Origin: an uncultured bacterium
GTDB taxonomy: Bacteria > Babelota > Babeliae > Babelales > Babelaceae
DNA length: 64,000 bases
Direction: 5' to 3'
Assembly (NCBI GenBank): GCA_963713855.1
Contig: OY970209.1
Span: forward strand, 704,001-768,000
The position numbers were made by a program, and so were the translations under genes. The notes under the pieces were generated by a model. It saw only the letters and a program-made list of their open reading frames with translations. It searched no databases and had not been told where the DNA came from. Shown in pieces: positions 10,089-20,207 of the stretch (its first letter is position 1; every line of letters begins with the position of its first letter).

Positions 10089-10958
10089 TTACTGTATATC
10101 TACTGTTTTCATATTTTGCTTTTCGGAAAGTTTTTTTCTCGCTTTAAAGCATTCGTAAAGAAATCGAGCAAGAGCGTCCGTGTAAACTCCTAGAACGAGG
10201 CCTGGGCGAGCTTCATTGCCAATTCCCTCGATGGAAAACGTTTCTGGCAATAGCCTTCTAAGTACTGCTTCTTGATAATGCACATGTGGGTAACTCGATA
10301 TAACAAGCACTGCCCCTGGCTCAGGGTTTGTCTTCAACCACTCAGCTACAGTATCTTCTGTAGTTGCACGGTGTGCACCTGGGGCTGCTTTACAAGTAAT
10401 AAATTGGAAGGGTACTTTTATGCTGCCAGGCGATGCCATTTTTACTGCTATTTTAAGCATATCTCTTTCATCATCAATGCCCGGATAACCGTGCCTTGCA
10501 AGTTCTTCTTTTTCGATAGTTGTAAGTTTTCGTTGGCCACCTAACATGAGCAGTTGACTAAATTCTAGGCCTTCTTCGGCTTTTCTTTCTAGAAATTTTA
10601 AGCGCTTTAGCATCGACTCAAACGTTGATCCTAAAATCACTACGTACTTATATTTTTTCTTGGTAGGATTTTTCTCGGCGATCATACCTAGGTCTTTAAA
10701 AAGAGGCAATAACACGTTCAGGAGCTTATCGTTGTCATTTTCCTCTATTTCCCACCGTTCGGTACCGGCTTTTCTCAAAAATTCTCTTTGAGTAGCTCTA
10801 ACGATGCTTTCTAGCGTTTTATCGTGCTTAATGTTGAGCTTTGATAGGATTTCAAGAAGCAACGGATTTTCTTCAATTTCTTGTTGTTTCATTTCCATCG
10901 GTCCATAAGTATTTACAGAGTACGCGCTCATGCATACGAGCGCTAATAAGCAAAACAT
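10089..10958 (-). CDS. Exported hypothetical protein, possibly YdcF/DUF218-like fold
   Basis: VVILGST, LMLGG, ATTEDTV and LVISSYPHV resemble DUF218 motifs. Signal-like N-terminus. Confidence 0.6.
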   Translation of the reverse strand: MFCLLALVCMSAYSVNTYGPMEMKQQEIEENPLLLEILSKLNIKHDKTLESIVRATQREFLRKAGTERWEIEENDNDKLLNVLLPLFKDLGMIAEKNPTKKKYKYVVILGSTFESMLKRLKFLERKAEEGLEFSQLLMLGGQRKLTTIEKEELARHGYPGIDDERDMLKIAVKMASPGSIKVPFQFITCKAAPGAHRATTEDTVAEWLKTNPEPGAVLVISSYPHVHYQEAVLRRLLPETFSIEGIGNEARPGLVLGVYTDALARFLYECFKARKKLSEKQNMKTVDIQ

Positions 10959-10974
10959 GTTCGTGACCTCGCAA

Positions 10975-12018
10975 TTAAGCGGTGTTGATTATAGCATCAA
11001 TATATCGGTACATTTCTTCCGGTGCACGCTCGACTTCTGCTTGGCGGAGCACGTTAAGATAGTCCGGGTATTTTTGTGCCATAGCATAAGCATTATCAAG
11101 CTGGTGACTTGTTGTTTTACTTTCAAGCGGTATTATCAAGGAACGTGCCTTGAAAAAGGCGAGCTCAAACAATGTACCAGCACCGGCTCGTGTAATAACT
11201 AAGTCAGCTGAGGTATAGTAATGTTGAATAGCGGATTTATAGCTAAAGACGGTGGCTGTTACGCCGAGTCGCCTATAGAAATTTTCAACACCTTCCTGTT
11301 GGCTTGGCCCTGTCTGATGGAAAATAATAACGCTTTCCTGTGCGCCATAGTTTACCATACGGTGGCGAATGTATCCTTCGGCAAAGCTATTGAGAAACTC
11401 GGATCCCTGCGAACCACCCATCACGAAAAGAACGCGAGCATTAATCGGAATCTGAAGGTGCATTCTTGCTTCATTTTTAGTGCATTTATCCGATTCACTA
11501 AAGCGTAAGGGGTAAGAAGCCTCCTGTACCTTTTGAGGGCATGTTGTAAATGAAGTTCGCGCTGCAGGAAAGCAGACGTAAATCCGTTGAGCAAAACGTG
11601 CAAGAAACCGTACAGCTCTTCCCGGTACGGCATTAAGCTCATAGAGAGTGAATGGTATATGGAGTACATAAGCTGCTAAACATACGGGAACAGACAAAGC
11701 GCCACCCATGCTTACTACTTCACGAATTTTATGCTTTTTTAAGCTGAAAAGGCATTTTGCAAATGCAAGATGTGCTTTGAATGTAACGTTAAAAACGCTG
11801 TAAAAGTTTGAAAACCGTAAAACGGGGATAGTGCAGTGTGTATCAATCCAGGGAGCCTCTTGTATGATTGTTTTATCAAGGGGGAGGTTATGGGAAAAAA
11901 AGAGGATAGAAAAGCCCTCTTTTTGGCTTTTTCGTGCTAGGGTTAAAGCAGGCAGTATATGACCACCGGACTTGCCACCGACAAACGCTATGCGCTTGCT
12001 AGCGCTTTTTTGCAACAT
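10975..12018 (-). CDS. murG: Lipid I N-acetylglucosaminyltransferase MurG
   Basis: GGKSGGHILPA, ELNAVPG, MGGSQGS, HQTG, ITRAGAGT and HQLDNA. Confidence 0.92.
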   Translation of the reverse strand: MLQKSASKRIAFVGGKSGGHILPALTLARKSQKEGFSILFFSHNLPLDKTIIQEAPWIDTHCTIPVLRFSNFYSVFNVTFKAHLAFAKCLFSLKKHKIREVVSMGGALSVPVCLAAYVLHIPFTLYELNAVPGRAVRFLARFAQRIYVCFPAARTSFTTCPQKVQEASYPLRFSESDKCTKNEARMHLQIPINARVLFVMGGSQGSEFLNSFAEGYIRHRMVNYGAQESVIIFHQTGPSQQEGVENFYRRLGVTATVFSYKSAIQHYYTSADLVITRAGAGTLFELAFFKARSLIIPLESKTTSHQLDNAYAMAQKYPDYLNVLRQAEVERAPEEMYRYIDAIINTA

Positions 12019-12454
12019 GATTTTTTCCTAAAGCTCTGTTGTAGAATAGGTAAAGAGATTTACGTAGATCTTCATCCTTTACTGCTGCAAGCGCCTGGGA
12101 TTCCGCGGCAGTAAGTGTGTGTTCCTGATAGGCGATATCTTTTGTAACTGGATCGCTTTGCTTTATCGTGATCTTATGTGGTTCAATCAATTTAAACTTA
12201 ATCTGGCGTATGTATGTGCCGCCAAGCGCGGTATTAAGCTGATTGCAGATGGTGCGCGAGAGCAAGTACAGTTCTTGCATCCAATGCACATCATATACAC
12301 CAAGGATAAGCACATCATCCTCTACTTTTTCAAAGCGAACGCGCTTATGAAGTGGTCCAGCTAACTGTTCCCACTTTTGTAGTAGCGTCAAGCGCCAGTC
12401 ACTTTGTGAGCAGGTAAGTAAAGAGTCGAGTAATTTTTTGATTGCTACTGTCAT
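11999..12454 (-). CDS. dciA: DciA/DUF721 family protein
   Basis: Pattern W..LAG, LILGV..WMQEL..L, IRQIKF. Overlaps the murG start. Confidence 0.7.
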   Translation of the reverse strand: MTVAIKKLLDSLLTCSQSDWRLTLLQKWEQLAGPLHKRVRFEKVEDDVLILGVYDVHWMQELYLLSRTICNQLNTALGGTYIRQIKFKLIEPHKITIKQSDPVTKDIAYQEHTLTAAESQALAAVKDEDLRKSLYLFYNRALGKNHVAKKR

Positions 12455-12597
12455 ACTTTTTTCCTCTTTGGCCTAGAGGGCAAGCAAGAAACTTATGGAT
12501 GCTCTTATTCATTAAGTAGCTTGAACGTTAAGAGCCCTACTAAGTCATAACAAAGAAGCCAAGAAAAAACAATGCCTATAGAGCAATTTATATCAAA

Positions 12598-12627
12598 CCA
12601 ATCCTCGACGAAGTTGTTGAGGATTGG
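12598..12627 (-). terminator. Intrinsic terminator after the GNAT cluster
   Basis: Hairpin CCAATCCTCGAC..GTTGAGGATTGG, 15 nt past the stop at 12643. Confidence 0.6.
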
Positions 12628-12642
12628 CAGATTTTAAGTCTT

Positions 12643-13734
12643 TTAATGGATAGCTTTCTGCTCGTCAACAAACAGAGCCTCAGTTTGTCTGAACGTGTCC
12701 ATGGCCAGTGCTTTATCGGTCTCTTTCATTATCTTTTCAATTTGCTCAGGTCTATTAATCCATGCACCCAAGGCTTCTATGTTGTCATCGATGTACTTGA
12801 ATAAGCTCTCGATAGCTTTTTTAACATTAAGATCAAGCTTTTTTTTGCCGAGTATGTCCAAAGCGATTTTGCGTGTAACCTCTTTATCCATATAACGAAT
12901 AAGGTAGTGCCGAACAATTCGAGCTCTAGCCTCAATAGTTAATAGCCCTTTACGATCTGCTGTAAGGTTAGCTATACGATCCGCTATCATTACCTGACCG
13001 AAACCGTTTAAGATCTTCTGTCTTTTTTCATCCGTGAAAGCAGGTGCTTTAGTGTGTAGGTACTTTTTCCACTTGCTCCAGTCAACGTTCTGCCTTTTTT
13101 CAACCTCAAGTTTGAAGGCGACTTGTCCACTGGATTTACCCTCAATGCGATAAGCTTCTTCAACTTCGTTGCTAGCAGACATTTCAGTTAGTGGCACGAA
13201 GCCCTGCTTTTTATGCCAGTTAAAAGCTTGCATATTTGAACTGCTGATTCGAGCCAGGATGGTCTTTACGTTGCTTTGTAGCAGGTCTTCCTTACATGCG
13301 TTAAAAAGCGTGGTTCCAAAACCCTTACCTTGGTGCTTCTCATCAATACCAATGTACGATAACTCTCCGTAGGAATTATCGGACACTGAGTCTGTATCAG
13401 AAAGTAATGCTGATACAACGTCGATCGTCGCATACATCGCTATTCCAATTATGTCGTTATTATCAATAAGGACTTTTGCTCTAGCAGGTTTTGCACCATC
13501 AATCAATGTATGGCCATATGGCGTAAAGGTAAAAAGAAGTGAGTCAAAAAAACCAGAGCAGAGTGCATTAGTTTCTTCAAAAGCTTTCCAGTGTTGTACG
13601 CAAATATCATGTGCAGCATTGTAGTCAGTTTTGTAATTGTATTCTCTTATGGTAGCTGCATGCAGTGTGAAGCAAGCAAGGGCCACCACGATAAAACTAA
13701 GCGTATTGGAGATTTTCTTTAGAGAATTACTCAT
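12643..13734 (-). CDS. Secreted GNAT-family acetyltransferase, paralog 1
   Basis: Signal peptide. IREY at the first strand, ELSYIGIDEKHQGKGFGTTLF motif A, and N..AFNWHKKQGF. Confidence 0.85.
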   Translation of the reverse strand: MSNSLKKISNTLSFIVVALACFTLHAATIREYNYKTDYNAAHDICVQHWKAFEETNALCSGFFDSLLFTFTPYGHTLIDGAKPARAKVLIDNNDIIGIAMYATIDVVSALLSDTDSVSDNSYGELSYIGIDEKHQGKGFGTTLFNACKEDLLQSNVKTILARISSSNMQAFNWHKKQGFVPLTEMSASNEVEEAYRIEGKSSGQVAFKLEVEKRQNVDWSKWKKYLHTKAPAFTDEKRQKILNGFGQVMIADRIANLTADRKGLLTIEARARIVRHYLIRYMDKEVTRKIALDILGKKKLDLNVKKAIESLFKYIDDNIEALGAWINRPEQIEKIMKETDKALAMDTFRQTEALFVDEQKAIH

Positions 13735-13767
13735 GTGTATCACGATAATTGTCTTCCTATTTTTGTG

Positions 13768-14796
13768 TTAGTGAATTTTGCTGACCTCATCTAGAAGTTT
13801 TTGCAGATACGAAGGACTGTTGATAAGGGCTATTAGAGCTGGCACGTTGTCATCTACGAAGTCGAATAGCCTTTCCAAAGCCCCTTTTACTTCAGGGGTA
13901 ACCTTTGTAAGTCCGAGTGTGTAAGCGATGGTCTTGAGCGTTTTCTCTCTTTCGCTAAAATCTCGAAGATATCGTCGAGCTATGTATACACGTTGCTCAT
14001 AGGTAAATTCAGTTAGGTAAGCTGTGCTCTCAGCTAGCATATGTGCTATTTTACTCTGAGCTAAATCGGATAAAGTATTTTGCTCGGCTGATTGTTCAAG
14101 CTCTTCAGCATCTTCAAGCAAGTGTCCCCTCCACTGATCCCATTTGATGGCGCTTCTCGGCTTCAGTTCTAATTTAAAGGGATCCAGTTTTGAGGCTTCT
14201 GCCTCAAGTCGATAAGACTCTTCAAAAGGGCTAATTGCTGTGACGTGGTCTAGGGGGATAAAGCCTTGCTTTTCTAGCCAGGCTATGTGCGGTCTATCTG
14301 TGCGAACCGCACGTGCTAAAACTGTTTTAACGCCTGGAGATTTTAATAATTCGGCTTTACATGAATTAAAAAGAGCGGTCTTATAATCGCCCTTAACACT
14401 TTTATCAACTGCTATATAGCAAAGCTCTGCGTACGAGTCATCATGAGGAATATTTTTTTTCGTAAGCAGTTTGGCCGCCGGAAGGGGATACGCGTAAAGA
14501 ACAATGCCAACTATTTTTGGCTCATTGAGAATGACCTTGCTCTTTAAGCCGAGTTGACTAGCGTGCTTAGTTTCAAGGTCTGTGAAAGTCAGGAGAAGTG
14601 TATCGAAAATTCCAGAGCATATTGAATCAGTTTCTGCAAAAGATTTCCAATGCTGAACACAAATATTATGCGCTGCCTGATAATCGGTTTTGTAATTGTA
14701 CTTTCTTATTTTAGCAGCTTGAATAGGGATGGTTGCAAAACCGGAAAGTAGAAAAAGTGTCGCATTGAAGGTGCTTTTTAGCTCGAAATACGCCAT
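13768..14796 (-). CDS. Secreted GNAT-like protein, paralog 2
   Basis: Start moved to ATG 14796 (AAGGAG upstream). Shares IRKYNYKTDY, LFNSCK, KTVLAR and KQGF. Confidence 0.8.
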   Translation of the reverse strand: MAYFELKSTFNATLFLLSGFATIPIQAAKIRKYNYKTDYQAAHNICVQHWKSFAETDSICSGIFDTLLLTFTDLETKHASQLGLKSKVILNEPKIVGIVLYAYPLPAAKLLTKKNIPHDDSYAELCYIAVDKSVKGDYKTALFNSCKAELLKSPGVKTVLARAVRTDRPHIAWLEKQGFIPLDHVTAISPFEESYRLEAEASKLDPFKLELKPRSAIKWDQWRGHLLEDAEELEQSAEQNTLSDLAQSKIAHMLAESTAYLTEFTYEQRVYIARRYLRDFSEREKTLKTIAYTLGLTKVTPEVKGALERLFDFVDDNVPALIALINSPSYLQKLLDEVSKIH

Positions 14797-14815
14797 AAAC
14801 AACGCTCCTTGGGGT

Positions 14816-15868
14816 TTAATGAAGAATGTTTCCAATCTCATCTAGAAGTTTTTGCAGATACTGGGGACTATTAAATAGATCTTCTAGAGCGGGCAAGTTA
14901 GCATCAACGTAATCAAATAGCCTTTCCATAGACTGCTCCATTTCACGGGTAATTGATGTAAGTCCGAACGTGTAAGCAACAATCTTGGATGTTTTCTGCC
15001 TATCGCCAACTCTAAGATATAGTCGAGCGATCGACTGACGTTGATCGTAAGTGAATTCGGTTATATGTGCTGTACCTTCGGCCAATATATGTGCCGATTT
15101 ACTCTGGGCTAAATCGGATAAGATATTTCGTTGCACGGATATTTGGAATTCTTCTGCATCTTCAAGAAAGTGTCTCTTCCAATCGCCCCACTCAACATTG
15201 CTTCTGGGCTCCAGTTCTAATTTAAAAGAATCCTGCTTTGCAGCCTCAGAATCAAGCCGATAAGCTTCTTCAAAAGGGGTGCTTGCAGTTACGGGGTTAA
15301 GGGGGACAAATCCTTGCAGTTCTAACCATGCTTTGTACGCTCTATTTGAGCGAACTACACGTGCTAAAACCGTTTTGATTTCTTGAGATTTTAAAAACTC
15401 CGATTTGCACGAATTAAACAGCGGATTCTTATAGCTACTGTGAGCATTTTTGTCGATGAGTATAACAGTAAGTTCCGCATAAGAATTATCGTTCACAAAG
15501 CTCCTTTTCATAAGCCAGTCATGCGCTGGGATAGGATAAGCATAAAACGCGATGCCCATTATTTTTTTATCTTTGAGAATTACCTTACTCTTTAAGCCGC
15601 TCCCACTTGCGCGCACTGTCGTTGAGGGAGTGTCAGAGAAAGCTAATAAAAAAGTGTCAAACTGCCCGGTGCACGTAGAATCCGCTTCTGCCAAAAATTC
15701 CCATTGTTGACGGCAAAGATAACGAGCTGCTTGATAATCAGTTCTATAGTTATATTTTCTTATTTTGGCGATTTTTTTCGTTTCTTGGGCTTTTATAGAG
15801 ACGGTCGTAAGACCTAAAAGCAGAAAGGCTGAAATATTAATAAACCTTTTTAGCTTGAAATACGCCAT
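14816..15868 (-). CDS. Secreted GNAT-like protein, paralog 3
   Basis: Start at ATG 15868 (AAGGAG upstream). Closely similar to paralog 2 throughout. Confidence 0.8.
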   Translation of the reverse strand: MAYFKLKRFINISAFLLLGLTTVSIKAQETKKIAKIRKYNYRTDYQAARYLCRQQWEFLAEADSTCTGQFDTFLLAFSDTPSTTVRASGSGLKSKVILKDKKIMGIAFYAYPIPAHDWLMKRSFVNDNSYAELTVILIDKNAHSSYKNPLFNSCKSEFLKSQEIKTVLARVVRSNRAYKAWLELQGFVPLNPVTASTPFEEAYRLDSEAAKQDSFKLELEPRSNVEWGDWKRHFLEDAEEFQISVQRNILSDLAQSKSAHILAEGTAHITEFTYDQRQSIARLYLRVGDRQKTSKIVAYTFGLTSITREMEQSMERLFDYVDANLPALEDLFNSPQYLQKLLDEIGNILH

Positions 15869-15901
15869 AAACAAGTCTCCTTATACTACATGATCCGATG
15901 G

Positions 15902-15928
15902 TACACGAAGGCCATAGGCCTTCGTGTA
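15902..15928. terminator. Perfect 12-bp hairpin
   Basis: TACACGAAGGCC-ATA-GGCCTTCGTGTA, downstream of the 15960 stop. No clear U-tract. Confidence 0.5.
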
Positions 15929-15959
15929 GAGCAATTATAAGCTCACGCTTGCCTGTTAC

Positions 15960-16607
15960 TTAGTAATATCTTTTAATGGTTGTTCGGCTTATTGTCTCGC
16001 ATTCGCCGTCGCGGCAGCTGAATCGACCCACATTGTCGTTTTCATAGACACCTATTTTAGTTCCTCTTGCAACAAGTACATTGATCACATCGCCAGGAAA
16101 CAAATACCAAGCTCTATCAAGTGTATGATCCCAGCACCAGTTAAGGCAGACGCAATAGGCAACCGTATTATCTCTGCGATAGCAGTTTTCGGCGCACTCT
16201 GTGCAGTCCTGTTCTTTATGATGAGGATTTTTTGTTTGGAAAGTGTACGCTTCATCGAATGAGTTTTGAAGTTTATGGTTAACAAGTGAGCCATGGATAG
16301 ACTTTATTGTGTTGTTGTGTTCAACAAAAGCAATGGTATCATCACTTTTTTGAATCACGGTATAACCACTTGCAAAACCCGGGCGATGCCATCCTAATAA
16401 GCGAGCATCTGTAAAGATGGTTTGCTTTTCACCAGCGGAAATCCAATATAACGTCAGCTTTGATGCATCAGATCGTGTAAAGGGTTTATTAAGTGCAATA
16501 AAACCTAAACGCCCACCCGTCTCATTAATAACGGTAAGAATCTGCGCTTTTGTAGCACAAAAAGACATGCTTGCAAAAGCCAGTAATAGTAAGAACATTT
16601 TTTTCAT
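15960..16607 (-). CDS. Secreted hypothetical protein with Cys-rich C-terminal half
   Basis: Likely start MKKMFLLLLAF at 16607. Cys clusters CTECAENC, YCVCLNWC and CRDGEC. Confidence 0.75.
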   Translation of the reverse strand: MKKMFLLLLAFASMSFCATKAQILTVINETGGRLGFIALNKPFTRSDASKLTLYWISAGEKQTIFTDARLLGWHRPGFASGYTVIQKSDDTIAFVEHNNTIKSIHGSLVNHKLQNSFDEAYTFQTKNPHHKEQDCTECAENCYRRDNTVAYCVCLNWCWDHTLDRAWYLFPGDVINVLVARGTKIGVYENDNVGRFSCRDGECETISRTTIKRYY

Positions 16608-16735
16608 AAGAAATCCTAAATTCCAGATGCTAACAATACTCATATGCTGTTGAAAAACTATCACAATTTGCTTTTATTGTCAAATAAGCATAATGCGAGA
16701 GCTCATACGTAAAAAGCCTTTATTTAAGATAATTT

Positions 16736-17458
16736 TCAAAAGGTCATGCGTGAAAAAAGTGTTCTCCAAAACATTTTTCCACTTCCCGGAAGTGGTGGGT
16801 ACTGAATCATCTCTTGTATAGATTTTGTTTTAGAAAGGGCGTATGAGGCTTTATGTGTGTCCTCTTTTGCAATTGCGGTTTTGTATTCTTGAAGCCAGTA
16901 ATGAGCAATAGTTTCAAGAATGGGCTTTGTCTCTTGTTCTGACGGCATCTCTTTTTCAACTACGGATGCAAAAGTAACCCAAGCCTGTGGATCAGGTTTT
17001 GTAAAAAAGCCACAAAACGTTTCCCATTTTTGAGTATTTTTGTGCTCAAAATGAAGAATGATGCAGCGAGATGTAAGCGTTGGAAGAACTGATTCAAGAG
17101 ACTCTGTCAAAAAAATAAAGTGATATCCAGCTGGGGGTTCTTCAACCACTTTAAGTAACGTATGCGCCGAGCTTGATGAAAGTTTTTCCGTCTCCTGAAA
17201 GACTATGTAGGAGTGCTCCCCCTCAACTACCGAAAAAGAAAGAGAATGAGCAAGCTCGTGCATTTGCTCAACCGTGTAATAATGCTTTTCCGGAACAAGC
17301 CAAAAAAGAAGGTGATGGTGATGAGCTTTAATATGCGTGCAGGTAGGGCAGCTATTGCACCCTTGTTTAGAGCACCAGACCCGCTTTAAATGCTCCTCGG
17401 TATGCTTAATTGTTTCTGAGCGAGGACCTACGAATATATAAGCAGCATGTTGGCGCAT
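16736..17458 (-). CDS. holB: DNA polymerase III delta' subunit
   Basis: Zn module C..GCNSCPTC, LLKVVEEPP and LPTLTSRC. Follows tmk. Confidence 0.85.
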   Translation of the reverse strand: MRQHAAYIFVGPRSETIKHTEEHLKRVWCSKQGCNSCPTCTHIKAHHHHLLFWLVPEKHYYTVEQMHELAHSLSFSVVEGEHSYIVFQETEKLSSSSAHTLLKVVEEPPAGYHFIFLTESLESVLPTLTSRCIILHFEHKNTQKWETFCGFFTKPDPQAWVTFASVVEKEMPSEQETKPILETIAHYWLQEYKTAIAKEDTHKASYALSKTKSIQEMIQYPPLPGSGKMFWRTLFSRMTF

Positions 17459-18102
17459 TATCGTACCTTTTTAAGATCGAGCCACTGGATGGTATACTCA
17501 TACGTTTTTTCTAAAAGACTTTCGGGTGACTGCTCTGCATTGAGAAAGACAACTTCGGGCCTATCAGCAAAAATGGTGTTGAATCCTGTAATGACGGCTC
17601 GATAGAAATCTTTATCTTGAGCTTCAAAGCGCGTGAGTTTTTCTTTACGTGCAATAATTCTTTCCCATGCTTTTTCCGGATCAAGCACGAGATAAAAAAC
17701 GACGTCCGGTTTTATTCCCTGAACGGCCTTATCTATGACCGATTCAAGAAAATTTCTATCCACGCGTCTTCCAAACCCCTGATACGCTCTACTCGAATCA
17801 GCCATTCGATCAGATAGGACGAGCCTTTTTTCGTGTAAAGCGGGCTTTACGACCTCAGCGACATGTTGCGCTCTATCAGCTGCAAACAAAAAAAGCTCCG
17901 CTAGTGGATTAAGTTTAGAAGCTTGGTGCTGCACAAGGTTTCGAATATCTGAGCCTACGCTTGTACCACCCGGTTCTTTAGTCAAAAGAGGTTCAAATCC
18001 TGCTTCTTGCAGTTTTTGGGTTAGTAGTTTTGAAAGCGTTGACTTTCCCGAGCCATCAATGCCCTCGAAAGTTATTAATACTCCACGATCTAGTGTTATC
18101 AT
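17458..18102 (-). CDS. tmk: Thymidylate kinase
   Basis: ITFEGIDGSGKST, EPGGT, LFAADRAQH and DR..SSRAYQG. Start moved to ATG 18102. Confidence 0.95.
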   Translation of the reverse strand: MITLDRGVLITFEGIDGSGKSTLSKLLTQKLQEAGFEPLLTKEPGGTSVGSDIRNLVQHQASKLNPLAELFLFAADRAQHVAEVVKPALHEKRLVLSDRMADSSRAYQGFGRRVDRNFLESVIDKAVQGIKPDVVFYLVLDPEKAWERIIARKEKLTRFEAQDKDFYRAVITGFNTIFADRPEVVFLNAEQSPESLLEKTYEYTIQWLDLKKVR

Positions 18103-18270
18103 TGTAGTGCTGTTATAGGTTATAAAAGATGATACTACAAAGTATACGCGACTAACTCTTTTTAGAAAAGGTTTGACGGTGAAAATTAGGTCGATGTCTT
18201 TACAGCTCAATCGTTTCCTGTTTGACCGCAAACTTTTCCTGTCAGTGATGGAATAAATCGTAAGGTCGCG

Positions 18271-19806
18271 TTACTTTGATCGTTCGTGGTTTTGGTCAGA
18301 AAACAACTTAAAGTAGTGTTGCGCTTCATTTGGTTTTCCCAAGTCATTATAAAGATTACCCAGTGCCTGCAGGGCGATACCAAATCCTTGGCCAGCAGCC
18401 ATCTTGTAGAAGCGTATTGCTTCTTCTACATTTCCTATTTTTTCGTAGAGCTGACCAAGGTTGTACTGAGCTTTGACATCCTTTAGATCCGCCGCCTTTT
18501 TATAGGATTCTTCTGCTTTTACTAGATTGCCCTGGTTGTAATAGAAAACGCCTAGGTCGGTATGGGCCTGGACTAAGTTTTGATCTGCAGCCATCTTGTA
18601 GTATTTTTCAGCTAGATCGTATTTTCCCGATTGAACGTAGTGAAACGCAAGGTTATATTGTGCTTCAGCTTTTCCGGCATCCGCAGCCATTTTATTAAAT
18701 TTTTCTGCTTTTACTACATCGCCTTTTTTAGTATAGAGTATGCCTAAATTAAAATGAGCATTGACATCCCCTTGATCGGAAGCCATTGCGAAGTACTTTT
18801 CAGCTAGATCATATTCCTCTCGTTCTGCATACAAAACACCCAGGTCAAATTGAGACGGACCATCTCCTTGATCGGCAGCCAGTTTTAAGTAACGTTCCGC
18901 TTCTTGCAAGTTGCCCATTTTCTCATAAACATAGCCCAAACCAGCTTGAGCCACGACATTTTCTTGATCAGCTAACGGTTTGTAGTAGCTTTCTGCCTCT
19001 GATAGATCTCCTTTGTTAGCATAGAGTGCGCCCAGATCAGTGAGTGCCCTGACATGTTTTTGATCTGCGGCCATTTTGTAATACTGTTCTGCTTGTTCGT
19101 GTTTGCCTATTTGGTAAGAAAAATAAGCGAACAAAAATTGATCATTAGCATTTCCGGTTTTGGCGGCCACTCGGTAAAAGTGCTCGAGTTCTGATACATT
19201 AGCCATTGTTTCATAGAGAGAAGGATCATATCCTTGAGCAGCAGCCATCTTGTAGCAGCGTTCTGCCTTTCCTGGATCTCCCATTCTAGAATGGAATACA
19301 CCCAAATTAAACTGAGCGCCGGCATTTCCTCCATCAGCAGCCATTTGCAAGTATTTTTCTGCTTGATCGTATTTTTTTAATCCGATACTGAGAAAGCCTA
19401 GATTATATTGAGCTGGACCGTGTCCGCGATCAGCAGCTATTATCAAATAGTGGTCTGCTTGATCGTATTTTTTTGTTTCGGTAAAAAAGAGGGCCAGTTG
19501 AAATATAGCTGCATTATCTTCTTGATCAGCTGCCATCTTAAGGTATTTTTCCGCTTCTGATAGCTTTCCCATTTTCTTATAAGTGTTGCCAAGCTCAACT
19601 TGAGCATTGACATCACCTTGATCTGCGCGCGTCTTTAATGTTTCTGATTTTTCTTCGTCTTCTGTGCGTAGAATATATTCATCTACGATGTGCTTTTCTT
19701 CCGGATCACTTATATAAGTGGAATTACTGTCACTTGTTTGTGAAATCAGCTGGTGACACGAAAAAAGCATCGCTGAAATTATATTTAACAAAAGTATCTT
19801 TTTCAT
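18271..19806 (-). CDS. Secreted Sel1-like repeat protein
   Basis: Signal peptide, then many repeats of AQxNLGxxY..AExYYKMAADQG. Confidence 0.92.
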   Translation of the reverse strand: MKKILLLNIISAMLFSCHQLISQTSDSNSTYISDPEEKHIVDEYILRTEDEEKSETLKTRADQGDVNAQVELGNTYKKMGKLSEAEKYLKMAADQEDNAAIFQLALFFTETKKYDQADHYLIIAADRGHGPAQYNLGFLSIGLKKYDQAEKYLQMAADGGNAGAQFNLGVFHSRMGDPGKAERCYKMAAAQGYDPSLYETMANVSELEHFYRVAAKTGNANDQFLFAYFSYQIGKHEQAEQYYKMAADQKHVRALTDLGALYANKGDLSEAESYYKPLADQENVVAQAGLGYVYEKMGNLQEAERYLKLAADQGDGPSQFDLGVLYAEREEYDLAEKYFAMASDQGDVNAHFNLGILYTKKGDVVKAEKFNKMAADAGKAEAQYNLAFHYVQSGKYDLAEKYYKMAADQNLVQAHTDLGVFYYNQGNLVKAEESYKKAADLKDVKAQYNLGQLYEKIGNVEEAIRFYKMAAGQGFGIALQALGNLYNDLGKPNEAQHYFKLFSDQNHERSK

Positions 19807-19917
19807 TGTTTACCTAACAAATGGCTTTTTCAAAATTTCAATAATGCTAGAGACCAAGCTTATTATATCATTGAATAAGCTTTTCTAAAATAGTGCCTAA
19901 AATAGTTATGAAATCGC

Positions 19918-20124
19918 TCAATTTTGTTGAGAGCGACAAATGCGCATAAGGATTTCTCGGTGGGTTTAGATAAGACGTTCTTCAGGCTGGTGAATTTTTT
20001 TATGTACCTCTTTTTTGTAAGCTTTGCTTTTTCTCATAACTCCGGACTTGAAAGAAGGAGAAATGACTCAAATCCCAAAGCTCCAAGTAGGATGATGAGG
20101 GTATAAAAACGAGGATTTCCTCAT
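19918..20124 (-). pseudogene. Possible remnant of a signal-peptide gene
   Basis: ATG 20124 gives MRKSSF, then a shifted frame reads TLIILLGALGFESFLLLSSPEL*EKAKL. Confidence 0.25.
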
Positions 20125-20207
20125 GAAGACAACATCTTATAAAAACTTTCACGATTTAGCCTGATTTTTGAGCGAGATGGGTAAAGCTCCCTACGCGTTG
20201 ACAATTA

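Noticed and set aside
18103..18231. 43-aa extension of tmk
   Set aside because: Homology starts at MITLDRG; the extension is just an open upstream frame.
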